NCBI GenBank assembly: GCA_963807605.1
Contig: CAWECG010000001.1
Location: 96,001-160,000, forward strand
DNA: 64,000 bases
Origin: Candidatus Bathyarchaeota archaeon
Lineage (GTDB): Archaea > Thermoproteota > Bathyarchaeia > 40CM-2-53-6 > RBG-13-38-9
Reading direction: 5' to 3'
Shown: piece by piece, positions 1 to 10,770 of the stretch
Layout of the letters: each line of letters opens with the position of its first letter
Numbering within the stretch: position 1 is the first letter of the stretch
Made by a program: the position numbers and the translations under genes
The notes under the pieces: model-generated
What the model saw: the letters and a program-made list of their open reading frames with translations, nothing else
The model's database searches: none
Told to the model about the DNA's origin: nothing

Positions 1-289
1 CTTTGGCTCTTTCCTGAAGCCGCCAGATCGTCTTTTCGAGTTTGTCTCTTCCCTCTTCTAACTCTCTGTCGACAACCCGATAATCTCCTCCAACCTCTAC
101 GGTGATGACTGGGAAGTATCTGCTCAGGACTTGGCCGGTCCTCTCAAGCCTTCCGAGGACCAGTCTGACGCTTCTGGAAGTCCAGCCTAGACGCGTTGAA
201 ATCTCTTCTACGTCGAGTCCTGGGTTTCTCGAAATGAATTGTAGTAGCTCATTCGACTTTGTTTTTCTTGCGGGACCTCTTTTTACCAT
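1..289 (-). CDS. Putative winged-helix DNA-binding protein, 3'-truncated by window edge
   Basis: Manual translation MVKRGPARKTKSNELLQFISRNPGLDVEEISTRLGWTSRSVRLVLGRLERTG... has an HTH-like pattern; GGAGG upstream of ATG at 289. Confidence 0.55.
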   Translation of the reverse strand, partial: MVKRGPARKTKSNELLQFISRNPGLDVEEISTRLGWTSRSVRLVLGRLERTGQVLSRYFPVITVEVGGDYRVVDRELEEGRDKLEKTIWRLQERAK

Positions 290-337
290 TCTGAGTCTTC
301 CTCCAGAAGCCTTCACTTCAGTGGCTGAATCCAGCTT

Positions 338-1021
338 TTACTCCTTCCATCCTGCCTTGCCCCTCATAGGTACGAATGCGACTCCCCCCAACTCATCTCT
401 CGCAACGCTCCCATCAGAGTACTTTCTAATTCTAAGCAATGTCTGGTAATGATAGATTCCGCCAACGGGTATTAGAAGGCAGCCACCCAGATTTAGTTGG
501 CCTATCAGCCCCTGAGGAATGTCTGGAGCTGCACTTGTGACTATAATGGCGTCATAGGGAGCATACTCTTCCAAGCCCAAGGAGGCGTCCTTACATAACA
601 GGTCAACCCTATCCGCGTATCCGCATCTGTTAATGTTCTCTTTACCGAACTTTGCTAGACCCTCGATTATTTCAACTGACCAGACATGCCCCCACTTGTC
701 TCTTGGCTCGGCGCCCGAGGCTACAATCTCAGCATACACACAGCCCATGTAGCCGCATCCTCCTCCAATCTCGAGAACCTTCTCTCCAAGAGTCAGTTCG
801 GAATATTCGCAGAACATTGCAGTCATGTGAAGAGCACTTGTAGTCTGTCCATACCCTATGGGCAAAGGGGCATCAACATAAGCCTCTGATCTAACCTCCT
901 TGGGAAGGAATTCCTCCCTCGCAACCAGCGACATTGCTCTTACAACACTGACAGAACGCAGGATGCCCTCAGCAGCGAGTAGGTCGACAGCCCTCTTTCT
1001 AAGCTCAGAAAATCTCTCCAG
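338..1021 (-). CDS. pcm: Protein-L-isoaspartate O-methyltransferase
   Basis: DAPLPIGYGQTTSA, VLEIGGGCGY, APYDAIIVT and VAFVPMRG motifs; the frame extends 29 codons upstream of the ORF call (LERFSELRKRAVDLL...) to a CTG immediately after an in-frame TAG. Confidence 0.92.
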   Translation of the reverse strand: MERFSELRKRAVDLLAAEGILRSVSVVRAMSLVAREEFLPKEVRSEAYVDAPLPIGYGQTTSALHMTAMFCEYSELTLGEKVLEIGGGCGYMGCVYAEIVASGAEPRDKWGHVWSVEIIEGLAKFGKENINRCGYADRVDLLCKDASLGLEEYAPYDAIIVTSAAPDIPQGLIGQLNLGGCLLIPVGGIYHYQTLLRIRKYSDGSVARDELGGVAFVPMRGKAGWKE

Positions 1022-1119
1022 CTATCCCCACCATCCTCAGAAATAGTAATTGTTTTCAACAGGATAAAAGTCTGAGACTCCCGGTAAGCCTGCACAAGAA
1101 TTCCGTTGTTGAGAAGCGA

Positions 1120-1551
1120 ATGACACACGAAGTTGTCGAGAAGATTGAAGCTCACGGCCACAGTGCGGTAAGAGCTACGCATAAAACGACTTTCGAGTTC
1201 ACAAAAGAAGAACACCTGACGTCCAAGGGGGACTGCGTCCTTGCGGTAGGAGCGAGTAAGAGTGTTGCCGAACTTTCTGAAAAATTTAGGAAACTAGCTA
1301 CGAGTGACTTCGCCAAAATAGTTATGATGATTGAGGTTGATAAGATCAATGAAATCGCTGTTGGTAGAGGTAGTGCGTCGCTAACTCTTTCGCACGAAAC
1401 TGATATTGTGGCGCGGAAGAGCAGCTTCACCTGCGGTAGAACTGTGATGATTGGATCAAACAGGGCCGCTGCTGACTTCAGTCGGAAACTTGTTGGGAGA
1501 TTAAGAAATCCTGATGCACGGGTAAGTCTCACTTTGATTGTGCGGGCTTAA
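1120..1551 (+). CDS. DUF371 family protein
   Basis: GHSAVRATHKTTFEFTKEEHLTSKGDC and RKSSF motifs typical of archaeal DUF371. Confidence 0.85.
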   Translation: MTHEVVEKIEAHGHSAVRATHKTTFEFTKEEHLTSKGDCVLAVGASKSVAELSEKFRKLATSDFAKIVMMIEVDKINEIAVGRGSASLTLSHETDIVARKSSFTCGRTVMIGSNRAAADFSRKLVGRLRNPDARVSLTLIVRA

Positions 1552-2633
1552 GCGATCCTGACATCAATTGCAAGTTGCCATTCTCTCGGTGCGATACCCT
1601 TAACAGTCCTGATAGCATCTATCCCAACGATCTTTCTGCTTGCGCTCTCAATCTTCTCTTTCATGATCTCAAGAATGACCTCATGTGAGACTCCCTCTGA
1701 GACGAATGTATAGAAGTGAATAATTCCCCCTTCATGTTTAAGGAGGTTACATGCCTGGGGAATGAAGGCTATCGATTCAGTAGGCAGGTTCATTATTACT
1801 CGATCGGCAGAGTGCGAAAGCAAACGTACTGAGGTCTCTCGAACATCTGCTAGTACCACAGTGATTCTCCCTCGGAGGCGGTTGATTAAGACATTCTGTA
1901 GCATGAATGAGGCCGCCTCGGGATTGATGTCAACCCCGTAGACCTTCGTAGCATTTCCAAGTTTCGCCGTGATGATCGAGAACGGTCCTACACCTGCAAA
2001 CATGTCAACAACAAATTCTTTAGGCTTCATATTGGAGGCGACTCTTCGGCGCTCAAATGAGAGTCTGGGGCTGAAGTACACCTTGCGCGGGTCCAGTCGA
2101 AAAATACAGCCGGACTCTGAATGCTGCGTCAAGGTCGATCGCTCACCAGCCAGTAAATTGTAACTCCTTACGCGGTAAGTACTGGTCACGGGACCTGACT
2201 TAGCCATCACGGTCTTGACGCGAGGGCTCAACTGCATCAAAGCCTCACCAATGATGTGGCCGTAGGGAAGGAGGCCTTCTGGCATTTCCATGATCGCGAT
2301 ATCCCCCATGATATCATAGGAACGTGGAAGAGCTGCGAGCATATGGGGCGGAAGTTTATCATCGACCGCTTCTATGAGATTCGACGCTCGAAGCTTTCTA
2401 CATCTGAATGAATAATTGGAGATCTGAAGGCCTGCAAGTCTTAATTTGAGAGTCGCCAACTCCTTTTCTGATGGTTGCCTAGTCAATGGTATAATCACTT
2501 CGGTATCTGTTGATTCAATCCTAAACTTGCCATCCAGAATTCCAAGTTCCCGTGCTGCAGACAAGGCAACCTCACCGAGGCTCCTAACCACTTTGAGGGA
2601 AGGTCGCTGACTCAAAATAGGTCCAACCTGCAT
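1548..2633 (-). CDS. trm5: tRNA (guanine37-N1)-methyltransferase Trm5/Taw2 family
   Basis: SYDIMGDIAI, VYFSPRLSFERRR, VDMFAGVGPF and RVIMNLP motifs. Confidence 0.88.
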   Translation of the reverse strand: MQVGPILSQRPSLKVVRSLGEVALSAARELGILDGKFRIESTDTEVIIPLTRQPSEKELATLKLRLAGLQISNYSFRCRKLRASNLIEAVDDKLPPHMLAALPRSYDIMGDIAIMEMPEGLLPYGHIIGEALMQLSPRVKTVMAKSGPVTSTYRVRSYNLLAGERSTLTQHSESGCIFRLDPRKVYFSPRLSFERRRVASNMKPKEFVVDMFAGVGPFSIITAKLGNATKVYGVDINPEAASFMLQNVLINRLRGRITVVLADVRETSVRLLSHSADRVIMNLPTESIAFIPQACNLLKHEGGIIHFYTFVSEGVSHEVILEIMKEKIESASRKIVGIDAIRTVKGIAPREWQLAIDVRIA

Positions 2634-2691
2634 TCTCTGCCGCTACCAGTGACCGAACTTATACGGCTTTTCTAACATGTCCATTTAGAAA

Positions 2692-3345
2692 CTAGACTAA
2701 GAAAAATAGATAGAGCGCCAGACCTACCAATACAAGTCCGCTAGCTCGCTGGATTTTGGAAGTTGCACTGACTATTTTCTTGAGAAGCAAACCTCTGGCT
2801 TTAGCCACCAGGAGTGTTGTTAAGATCAAAGGAATAATCATTCCAAGAGCAAAAAAGAGGAAGGCAAGAATTCCATCTAGAATATCACCAAAGGTCGAGA
2901 CATAAAACATGATGGATATGAATACTGGAGCTGAGCAAGCTAACGACGCAAGGCCATACGTCAGACCGTAGATGAAAAGCCCATAAAAGCCTCCCCGACT
3001 AGTTGCATGGACCTTCAGGTAGAACCTTGGATAGCCAACTCCAAACAACATGCTGAGACCTAAGATGCCGATGATGACGGCGGCGAAATAATGTGCAAAC
3101 GGAAGAAACCTTAGTAATGAACTTCCAAGACTGTAAGTAATCAAGCCGATTACCGAAAAGATGACTACTAACCCAAGACCACAAGTTAACCCTCCCTGAA
3201 GTGCTCTCTGGCTACTCATCTTGGCGCCAAGATAATAGGCAACATAACCTGGAAGGAGTGGGTAACTGCAGGGAGATAAGAGAACGAAGAACCCGCTTAT
3301 CAGAGCCAAAGAATAATCGATTATATGCACTCTAGGGACCCGCAT
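2692..3345 (-). CDS. ccdA: Cytochrome c biogenesis CcdA / DsbD-type membrane protein
   Basis: LSPCSYPLLP and LACSAP cysteine motifs; about six hydrophobic helices. Confidence 0.85.
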   Translation of the reverse strand: MRVPRVHIIDYSLALISGFFVLLSPCSYPLLPGYVAYYLGAKMSSQRALQGGLTCGLGLVVIFSVIGLITYSLGSSLLRFLPFAHYFAAVIIGILGLSMLFGVGYPRFYLKVHATSRGGFYGLFIYGLTYGLASLACSAPVFISIMFYVSTFGDILDGILAFLFFALGMIIPLILTTLLVAKARGLLLKKIVSATSKIQRASGLVLVGLALYLFFLV

Positions 3346-3441
3346 CCAACACAGGTAGGCAAAGGTTAATGATTGTTAACCGAAAGCCAAGTCTTATTAC
3401 CTTTTCTCAGCCTTTCAAGGCGAGAAATGTCTCTAACACCG

Positions 3442-3640
3442 TGAAGACTATTTGCCTGAAATTGACACTCCCCTGCCTAAAGACAGGGGATTCTAGTTTC
3501 TATCATGTTCATCGGTTGATGGGTCATAGCGTTGTTGCGCTCCCACCTCATTCCATCCCACTTTAGAAGGTTAGGGCGTGTCATCGCCCTGTTAATGACT
3601 CCCGCAGGAAGCTTAACCCCCTGAGTGAGTCCTATATTTA
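3442..3640 (-). ncRNA. Predicted TnpB omegaRNA (right-end RNA) with flanking guide
   Basis: By analogy with characterised TnpB systems, the scaffold overlaps the tnpB 3' end and right-end hairpin, and the guide starts after TCAA (UUUCAGGCAAAUAGUC...); the 5' boundary is a guess. Confidence 0.55.
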
Positions 3641-4846
3641 CAACACCAATAGCATCCCTATGAGCCTCCAATCCACAGTTAAGGCATTTGAAGAGTCTGC
3701 CTTTCCTCTCAATGTTCTCTGAGCCGCATCTTACGCATTTGCTCGATGTTTTGTATTCGCTAACTTCTCTCACTCTTATGCCGTACTCTTGCGCTGTATA
3801 CTTCAGTCTTTGAATAATGTAGTTGAAGCTCCAGAAGTTGTGGATTATGGCGTTGCTCTTCTTTCCTTTATCGTTGCCGTCTCTGATGCCTGTTAGGTCT
3901 CCTATCACAATCTTTGAAACACCGAGATCGTACAGGTCTCTTACCATGACTCTTATCATGGTGTTGATTGCTTGCCTGAATCTCCGTTGCCTTATTCTAT
4001 ACAGTCTACTGAGGCGCTTCGAACTTTTCTTGCCATTAACTGCTTCAAGTCTCCTCTGACATTCCGCTATCCTATTGACCCAGTACCACCAATCAGAGAG
4101 TAGATTTCTCCCACTGTACGATATTGGTTGCCTCCATCCTTCAAGCCAGATGGTGAACAGGTTAATGATACCGATGTCGATGTAGCATGTCTTGGAGCCT
4201 CTCGGCTTGAATAATGGCCTAACCTTAACTGCCTGAAAGACACGCCACTTCCCATCAACCTCATCATAGATGACCTCGGCCTTTCCCTGCTTGCCACCCC
4301 ATCTGGGCTTGCCTCGGATGGGTATCTCCATCTTCTTGGGTAGTTTCATCACTTCATCCTTCAGGCTGTAGATGTCGTTTCTCAGAACCAACATCAGCCT
4401 GTATTTTCCATCTCGCTTCCAGTATCCAGGCATACACACCTTCTCAATGTTCGGCGGAAGTTTGCCTTCTCGCTCCATCTTCTTGAGGGCGAAGAAGCTC
4501 CTCCATGATTCGTTGCTCTTCCTGATGATTTGCTGTGCTGTCGCTGAATCAATCAACGATGAATATTTCTGGTAGAGGTCTTTGCATATCCAATCTATTG
4601 GTTGATAGTTCATGTATGCCTGTCTTTTGCGGTATGTCGCCTCATTCCAAAGTTTGGCACAGTTGGTAGCTTTATCCCTCAGTATCCTCTCTTGTTCCAC
4701 CGTTGGATCAAGGATGAAGGTGTTGGTTCTCCGCATGAAACTACCAGCACTATTATTGAAAAACCAGACATTTAAGCCCCAAACGTCTCACTCTGGAGCG
4801 CAATTCATCCCACCCCTGAAGGAGTGGACTTTCTTGCTAGTTCAAT
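3462..4846 (-). mobile_element. IS200/IS605-family (IS1341-like, tnpB-only) insertion sequence
   Basis: Minus strand: TTAC | left end with AAAG guide at the foot of hairpin CCACTCC-TTCA-GGGGTGG; right end GAAT + hairpin CCCCTGTC-TTTA-GGCAGGGG + AGTG-TCAA |; no tnpA. Confidence 0.85.
3477..4736 (-). CDS. tnpB: RNA-guided endonuclease TnpB
   Basis: N-terminal LWNEATY helix, RuvC-I IDIG, RuvC-II region VIGDL plus EYKTS, zinc finger CVRC...CLNC, RuvC-III HRDAIGVVNI. Confidence 0.95.
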   Translation of the reverse strand: MRRTNTFILDPTVEQERILRDKATNCAKLWNEATYRKRQAYMNYQPIDWICKDLYQKYSSLIDSATAQQIIRKSNESWRSFFALKKMEREGKLPPNIEKVCMPGYWKRDGKYRLMLVLRNDIYSLKDEVMKLPKKMEIPIRGKPRWGGKQGKAEVIYDEVDGKWRVFQAVKVRPLFKPRGSKTCYIDIGIINLFTIWLEGWRQPISYSGRNLLSDWWYWVNRIAECQRRLEAVNGKKSSKRLSRLYRIRQRRFRQAINTMIRVMVRDLYDLGVSKIVIGDLTGIRDGNDKGKKSNAIIHNFWSFNYIIQRLKYTAQEYGIRVREVSEYKTSSKCVRCGSENIERKGRLFKCLNCGLEAHRDAIGVVNIGLTQGVKLPAGVINRAMTRPNLLKWDGMRWERNNAMTHQPMNMIETRIPCL

Positions 4847-4963
4847 GTAAAATTTCACCTTAAGCTACGGATGACGCCACAATGCGTAATGTCCACCCAG
4901 ATTCCCGAAAGACAAATATGTCATCCAAGACTTCTTCAAGACTCCTATGCCTGACAGAGGGCA

Positions 4964-5590
4964 ATGATCTGCAAATGGGTGGATTGCGTGAAGCCAGCGA
5001 AGGAGTCGGCAAAAGATTCTGAGCCGCAGGCTGCTTCAAAGTCTTCGCATAAGGAAACTGACTTGGAGAAGCTCTCAAAGGAGATCGAGTCGCTGAAGGA
5101 AGCCTTGGCCGAAGAGAAAGGAAGATCAGCTGACTATCTGAATCGACTGAAATACCTTCAAGCAGACTTGGAAAATCTGCAGAAGAGAACAAAGAAAGAG
5201 ATTGAGGAGACTATTGCTAGGGCCAATGAACAATTGATCTCAAAGCTTCTAGTCATAATAGATGATATGGAGATAGCGATGAAGGTATCCTCTGAAATTG
5301 AGAACTCGCAAGCTGTAAGGTCAGGATTCGAGCTAATCTTAGGGAAACTCAGAGACCTCCTTGAGAATGAGGGTCTAGCTAGGATTGAAGCCAGAGGTAA
5401 GCCCTTTGACCATGCCATTCATGAAGCCGCCAACCAGACCTCAAGGGAAGATGCCGCGGACGGGACCATCATAGAGGAGCTAAGAGCCGGGTACACTCTA
5501 ACGGGAAAGCTTCTACGGCCGAGCATCGTGATCGTTGCAAAGAACCCTCAGAAGTCGTCCTCTGAAGACAGTGCCAAAAAAAGCGTCTGA
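4964..5590 (+). CDS. grpE: Nucleotide exchange factor GrpE
   Basis: LQADLENLQKR, FDHAIHEA and GYTLTGKLLRPSIVIV motifs; lies upstream of dnaK; true start may be GTG at 4988. Confidence 0.95.
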   Translation: MICKWVDCVKPAKESAKDSEPQAASKSSHKETDLEKLSKEIESLKEALAEEKGRSADYLNRLKYLQADLENLQKRTKKEIEETIARANEQLISKLLVIIDDMEIAMKVSSEIENSQAVRSGFELILGKLRDLLENEGLARIEARGKPFDHAIHEAANQTSREDAADGTIIEELRAGYTLTGKLLRPSIVIVAKNPQKSSSEDSAKKSV

Positions 5591-5716
5591 CTGCAATTAG
5601 CCTCTGCTTCGACCGAAACAGTTCATCGTATTCCAAAATATTTTTCTTCAACCAACCCTCTCCCTTATAAATCCGAGCCACTAAACTATCATGTCAACTA
5701 TTTACAGGTGATTAGG

Positions 5717-7621
5717 ATGGTTGATTCACAAGCATCGAAGATTATTGGAATAGACCTCGGAACTAGCAACTCGGCCGCGGCCGTCCTTCAGGCAGGCAGA
5801 CCAGTCATGATAGCGAGCGCCGAAGGGACCTCTATCGGAGGCAAGGCATTTCCCTCGTACGTCGCATTCACTCAAGACGGCCAGCTGCTTGTTGGTGAAC
5901 CTGCGAGGAGACAAGCTGTCACCAATCCTGAAGGAACGATAATGGCGATAAAGAGGAAGATGGGTACCGATTACAAGGTACGCATATACGGCAAAGAGTA
6001 TACCCCCCAGCAGATATCCGGATTTATTCTCCAGAAAATAAAGAGAGACTCAGAAGCATTTCTAGGAGCCAAAGTCGATAAGGCAGTGATTACTGTCCCC
6101 GCCTATTTCAACGATAACCAGAGGCAGGCTACAAAAGACGCCGGTTCGATTGCGGGTCTGGAGGTCGTCCGAATAATAAACGAACCAACCGCCGCAGCCT
6201 TGGCATACGGCCTTGACAAGGCTGAGAAGGAATTGAAGATCATGGTCTTTGACCTTGGAGGAGGAACGCTGGATGTTACATTGATGGAGATAGGGCGGCC
6301 TAGTCCGTCGGAACCTCCGGTCTTCGAGGTGAAAACGACTAGTGGAGATACGCAACTTGGCGGCACAGACATGGATAATACAATAGTAAGTTTCTTGACT
6401 CAAGAATTCAAGAAGAGCACTGGAATAGACATCAGTAATGACAAGGTCGCGGTTCAGAGGCTTAGAGAAGCAGGTGAAAGAGTCAAGATTGAACTTTCTA
6501 CAACCCTGACAAGTGAGATAAATCTTCCATTCTTGGCATCCGATTCATCAGGTCCTAAGCACTTTAAGATGAGCCTCACTAGAGCAAAGCTGGAGGAGCT
6601 GGTCAATCCAACCATTGAACGATGTAGAGCACCCATGAATAGGGCGCTATCTGACGCCAAGCTTTCTCCTATGGACGTAGACAAGATAATCATGGTTGGC
6701 GGTCCGACCAGAATGCCCATCGTTAGAAAATTTGTTGAAGATTACATGGGCAAAATTGCAGAGCGTGGTGTCGACCCGATGGAATGCGTCGCTATGGGTG
6801 CAGCCGTCCAAGCTGGCGTGATCGCCGGAGAAGTTAAGGAGTTACTTCTACTAGATGTGACCCCGCTTTCTCTGGGCGTTGAGACCCTTGGCAGCGTATT
6901 TACCAAGATAATTGAGAGAAATACGACCATCCCCACCAGGAAGAGTCAGATCTTTAGTACAGCAGCAGACTTTCAGACAAGTGTTACAGTGCATGTCCTT
7001 CAAGGGGAGAGAGCAATGGCTGCCGACAACGTCTCGCTCGGGCAGTTCAACCTAGTCGGAATACCGCCAGCACCGAGAGGAGTGCCCCAGATCGAGGTCA
7101 CTTTCGATATAGACGCAAATGGCATCATCAACGTTTCAGCAAAGGATACTGCTACTGGCAACCAACAGAAGATAACAATAACCGCCTCGACAAAACTCTC
7201 TCAGTCTGAGAGAGAACGAATGGTCAAAGAAGCTGAGAATTATGCTGAACAAGATCGTATCAAGAGAGAAGAGGTCGAGACTAGAAATCAGGCCGACTCC
7301 CTTCTATACACCGTTGAGAAGACCCTGAAAGATCTCGGAGAGAAAATCAGCACAGACCAGAAGGCGAAGTTAGACAAAGCATCTGCAGATTTGCGAGCTG
7401 CTCTAGGCGGCAAAGATGCAGCTGCGGTTAAATCGAGGATGGAAGACCTATCTAAGGTACTGCAAGAGGTCGGCACCGCCGTTTATCAGGAGGCCGCGCA
7501 GAAGACCGCCCAGGCACAATCTGCCACAGGATCCTCTGGTGAATCTAGTGAAACTGGTAGCGAAGATAAGAAGGTAGTGGATGCGGACTACAAGGTTGTA
7601 GAGGAAGAGAAGAAATCCTGA
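5717..7621 (+). CDS. dnaK: Chaperone DnaK (Hsp70)
   Basis: [28 protein letters not shown] and [12 protein letters not shown] motifs; RBS AGGTGA before ATG 5717. Confidence 0.98.
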   Translation: MVDSQASKIIGIDLGTSNSAAAVLQAGRPVMIASAEGTSIGGKAFPSYVAFTQDGQLLVGEPARRQAVTNPEGTIMAIKRKMGTDYKVRIYGKEYTPQQISGFILQKIKRDSEAFLGAKVDKAVITVPAYFNDNQRQATKDAGSIAGLEVVRIINEPTAAALAYGLDKAEKELKIMVFDLGGGTLDVTLMEIGRPSPSEPPVFEVKTTSGDTQLGGTDMDNTIVSFLTQEFKKSTGIDISNDKVAVQRLREAGERVKIELSTTLTSEINLPFLASDSSGPKHFKMSLTRAKLEELVNPTIERCRAPMNRALSDAKLSPMDVDKIIMVGGPTRMPIVRKFVEDYMGKIAERGVDPMECVAMGAAVQAGVIAGEVKELLLLDVTPLSLGVETLGSVFTKIIERNTTIPTRKSQIFSTAADFQTSVTVHVLQGERAMAADNVSLGQFNLVGIPPAPRGVPQIEVTFDIDANGIINVSAKDTATGNQQKITITASTKLSQSERERMVKEAENYAEQDRIKREEVETRNQADSLLYTVEKTLKDLGEKISTDQKAKLDKASADLRAALGGKDAAAVKSRMEDLSKVLQEVGTAVYQEAAQKTAQAQSATGSSGESSETGSEDKKVVDADYKVVEEEKKS

Positions 7622-7643
7622 CTATCATTGCCTCGTTTCACTA

Positions 7644-8738
7644 TTGGTGGCCTTGGTGAACCAAAAGGATTACTATGGGATACTTGGAGTCCAGAGAAAT
7701 GCCACCAAAGACGAGCTAAAGAGCGTCTATCGAAAGCTGGCCCTTCAATACCATCCTGACCGCAACAAGTCCCCTGACGCCGAGGAGAAATTCAAAGAGA
7801 TCTCCGAAGCCTACGCAGTCCTCTCTGACGAGGAGAAACGCAAGACCTTTGATCATTATGGTAGCGCAGGTATAGGTGACCGCTACACCCCTGAAGACAT
7901 ATTCAGAGGAGTTGATTTCGAAGACATCTTTAGAGACCTCGGCTTTGGTATTTTCGATCAATTCTTCGGCAGAAGGGGCGGGGGTTGGGCCGCTCCTCAA
8001 AGAGGTTACGACCTGCAATACGATTTAGAGATAGATCTCGAAGAAGCCGCTACAGGTCTAGAAACAGAGATACCTGTAACCCGAGTTGAGAGCTGTCAGG
8101 TGTGTGGAGGAAGTGGAGCCAAGCCGGGGACAGGCCTTAAGACCTGTCCGGCCTGCGAGGGAACAGGGCAGGTTAGGCGACAGTCAGCCCTCTCAGGTTT
8201 CTTTACAGTCACCCAGATAACCACATGCAGTAGATGTGGGGGAAAAGGTCGCATTACCGAAGTTCCGTGCACAGAGTGTAAAGGCGAAGGAAATGTTCGA
8301 CGCAACCGCAGGCTAAGCGTGAAGATCCCATCTGGCGTAGATGAGAATTCAACCCTGAGATTGAGAGGTGAAGGAGATACAGGGCCAGGAGAAGTTCCGC
8401 CTGGAGACCTTTACGTAACCGTTCACATCAGGCCTCACTCTGTTTTTGAGAGAAAGGGCCAGGATCTGCTTTGTGAGATTCCAATATCCTTCACGCAAGC
8501 GACACTAGGCGCGAGGATCCTTGCACCATCACTTGGAGGCCAGATTGAGATGAAAATTCCGCCGGGGACTCAACCTGGAACACTATTCAAGATGAGAGGG
8601 AAAGGGATGCCGAGAATGGATGGTCATGGTAAGGGGGACGAATACATCAAGGTAAGTGTCAAGGTACCAACACATCTGACTAAGAGGCACAAGGAATTGC
8701 TCCTTGAGTTAGAGAAGGAGGACCAGGATGCAGATTAA
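7644..8738 (+). CDS. dnaJ: Chaperone DnaJ
   Basis: J-domain with HPD and four CxxCxGxG zinc motifs. Confidence 0.98.
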   Translation: MVALVNQKDYYGILGVQRNATKDELKSVYRKLALQYHPDRNKSPDAEEKFKEISEAYAVLSDEEKRKTFDHYGSAGIGDRYTPEDIFRGVDFEDIFRDLGFGIFDQFFGRRGGGWAAPQRGYDLQYDLEIDLEEAATGLETEIPVTRVESCQVCGGSGAKPGTGLKTCPACEGTGQVRRQSALSGFFTVTQITTCSRCGGKGRITEVPCTECKGEGNVRRNRRLSVKIPSGVDENSTLRLRGEGDTGPGEVPPGDLYVTVHIRPHSVFERKGQDLLCEIPISFTQATLGARILAPSLGGQIEMKIPPGTQPGTLFKMRGKGMPRMDGHGKGDEYIKVSVKVPTHLTKRHKELLLELEKEDQDAD

Positions 8739-8759
8739 CCGCACTTGTTCCGGTGGCTA

Positions 8760-9215
8760 TTGATCGGATCCCTTTACTTGGCTTAGTGTAGGTTTCTGGG
8801 GATGCTCTGCCTGTGGGGAATGTTGCAGGTGGTAGGATCCCACTAATACTGGACGAGCGCAACTCAATACTTGATGATTACGTGCAGTCATCTATCAATA
8901 CTGAAGAAGGCCAAGCTTATTTGACAAAAAGCCCGGAAGGACAATGTCCTTTCTAATTTCTCTGTTTGACCGATGGATCTGTGGGCTGCAGAGAAGTAAG
9001 CCGATGGCGTGTTATGGCTATTTCTCGTTATGGAACAACCCAAGTAACGGCATTATGTCTACGCTGACCTCAAGTGCAAAGGCGTAAGGGTATGCAAGGC
9101 CGCAAGAATAACTGCTGAAAAAGTCCTCCCAGAGCTGATTAGGCTAATTTTTGTAACGAGGAGAGCCCAGAGATTGTCTACCTCAATGCTTGGCCATTAT
9201 CCCATAGAAATTTAA
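8760..9215 (+). pseudogene. Degraded YkgJ/UPF0153 cysteine-cluster protein
   Basis: Fragments in shifting frames: WGCSACGECCRW*, ...LTKSPEGQCPF*, WICGLQRSKPMAC, YVYADLKCKGV...; several stops and frameshifts. Confidence 0.7.
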
Positions 9216-9280
9216 AGAATCGGTGTGAGAAAGCCGTCCCGCAAAGTTAGATTAGAATACGCTCCGTCGGTAAGAAGCTT

Positions 9281-10450
9281 TCAGGGTGAGGATGGAGCGG
9301 GCCTTGCTCCCAGCGCAACCTCAACTGTCAGCGCCTCGTTGTTCCTGATTATGTTTAGAACAACCTTATCCCCAGGATTCTTGAAATACTCAATATAGTA
9401 AAGTATATCCTCAAGTTTGTTCACGTTTCTGCCGTCAATGCCCGTTATCACGTCTCCGCCTATGGTTACATTATTTCCCTCAATGATTGTCATCGTATTT
9501 CCACCGCGTACTCCCGCCTTCTCCGCTGGACTACTGTTCATCACAGATGTGACTAGGAAGCCTCGTGTCTCTGGGAGGTTCAGCTTTTCGGCTATTGAGG
9601 AGGTTACGTCTGTGCCGGCAACTCCCAGCCAAGGATGATCATAATGCCCTGTTCGTATAAGTGATGGTGCGACTCTCTTAACCAAATTCGATGGGATTGC
9701 AAAGCCGACGCCTGAGAACTGCCCTGTCTGAGATTCGATGGCCTCGTTAACCCCAACGACCTCTCCGAGACTATTAAGTAGTGGGCCACCGCTGTTGCCC
9801 GGATTTATGGCAGCATCTACCTGAATTTCGCCAGGTATCACATACCCACCGGTAGTCGGGAGTGACCTCCCAATCTGACTTACAATCCCTTGTGTCAGCG
9901 ACCAACCAAGTCCAAAAGGAGCTCCGACCGCATATATCGCCTCCCCCACGAGCAGCTGCGATGAGTTGCCTAAGGTGACAGGTTTAAGCTCCCCCGGCGA
10001 TGTCTGTACCTTCAAGACTGCTAAATCGGAGTATACATCAGTGCCAACGACTACTGTTGTGATAGTGGTGCCGTCCAGAAAGCCTACCTCCACCGCGTCC
10101 GCTCCCGCTACTACATGGTTATTTGTTATGATGTGACCGTCTCCGTCATAGGTGAAGCCTGTGCCCCGTGCCGAGAGTGTAAGTCCATTAGTTCCCCTCT
10201 GCATATTCAATACTTGCACGACGGACTGTTCTACGCCAACGTAGACCCCATGGGCTCCAGCCCCTTCGCTTTGTGTCTGATTAAGCTTTTCCACAAGTGA
10301 CTGAAGATTATCAAACCTGCCTTGAAGGGTGCTTAGTTGAGATCGAGTCTGAACATAAAAGTATCCTACCATGCCTGCAATCACAAGCATAACTACCAGT
10401 GATATTGATGCAAGGTGAATACGCAATTTGCTAGGCTGAACTTCACTCAT
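9281..10450 (-). CDS. htrA: HtrA/DegP-like trypsin serine protease with PDZ domain and N-terminal membrane anchor
   Basis: ITNNHVV, DLAVL and DAAINPGNSGGPL triad motifs; C-terminal PDZ. Confidence 0.93.
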   Translation of the reverse strand: MSEVQPSKLRIHLASISLVVMLVIAGMVGYFYVQTRSQLSTLQGRFDNLQSLVEKLNQTQSEGAGAHGVYVGVEQSVVQVLNMQRGTNGLTLSARGTGFTYDGDGHIITNNHVVAGADAVEVGFLDGTTITTVVVGTDVYSDLAVLKVQTSPGELKPVTLGNSSQLLVGEAIYAVGAPFGLGWSLTQGIVSQIGRSLPTTGGYVIPGEIQVDAAINPGNSGGPLLNSLGEVVGVNEAIESQTGQFSGVGFAIPSNLVKRVAPSLIRTGHYDHPWLGVAGTDVTSSIAEKLNLPETRGFLVTSVMNSSPAEKAGVRGGNTMTIIEGNNVTIGGDVITGIDGRNVNKLEDILYYIEYFKNPGDKVVLNIIRNNEALTVEVALGARPAPSSP

Positions 10451-10770
10451 AAAAAACCACTCAAAAAATATTATTTGGTGCGTTCCTTAAAGGCTTTGCC
10501 AGAATGAAGCGACAAAAGTAGTAGTGAAATACAATAAGAATGGACACAAGATAATGTGCTGATTGGTGCAACAAAAACATAGGCAATCTTATTAAAGGGT
10601 CAAATGTGGGGTCAGAGATCCAATAATGTTCACTGAACTTTTTCTGCATCAACCCGAGACAATGTATATCTCCAAGGACTGGATCCGATTATTCAAAAAG
10701 TTGAATTTTCCATCAATGAGTATGATGTGAGTCGAATCAGCGACCTGCAAGACGGGATGAGATCTCTCTA

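Noticed and set aside
6290-6322. DnaK in-frame insertion (RPSPSEPP) as a second BHB intron
   Set aside because: No complete bulge-helix-bulge; the best partial fold would excise 11 nt and break the frame. Treated as a loop insertion.
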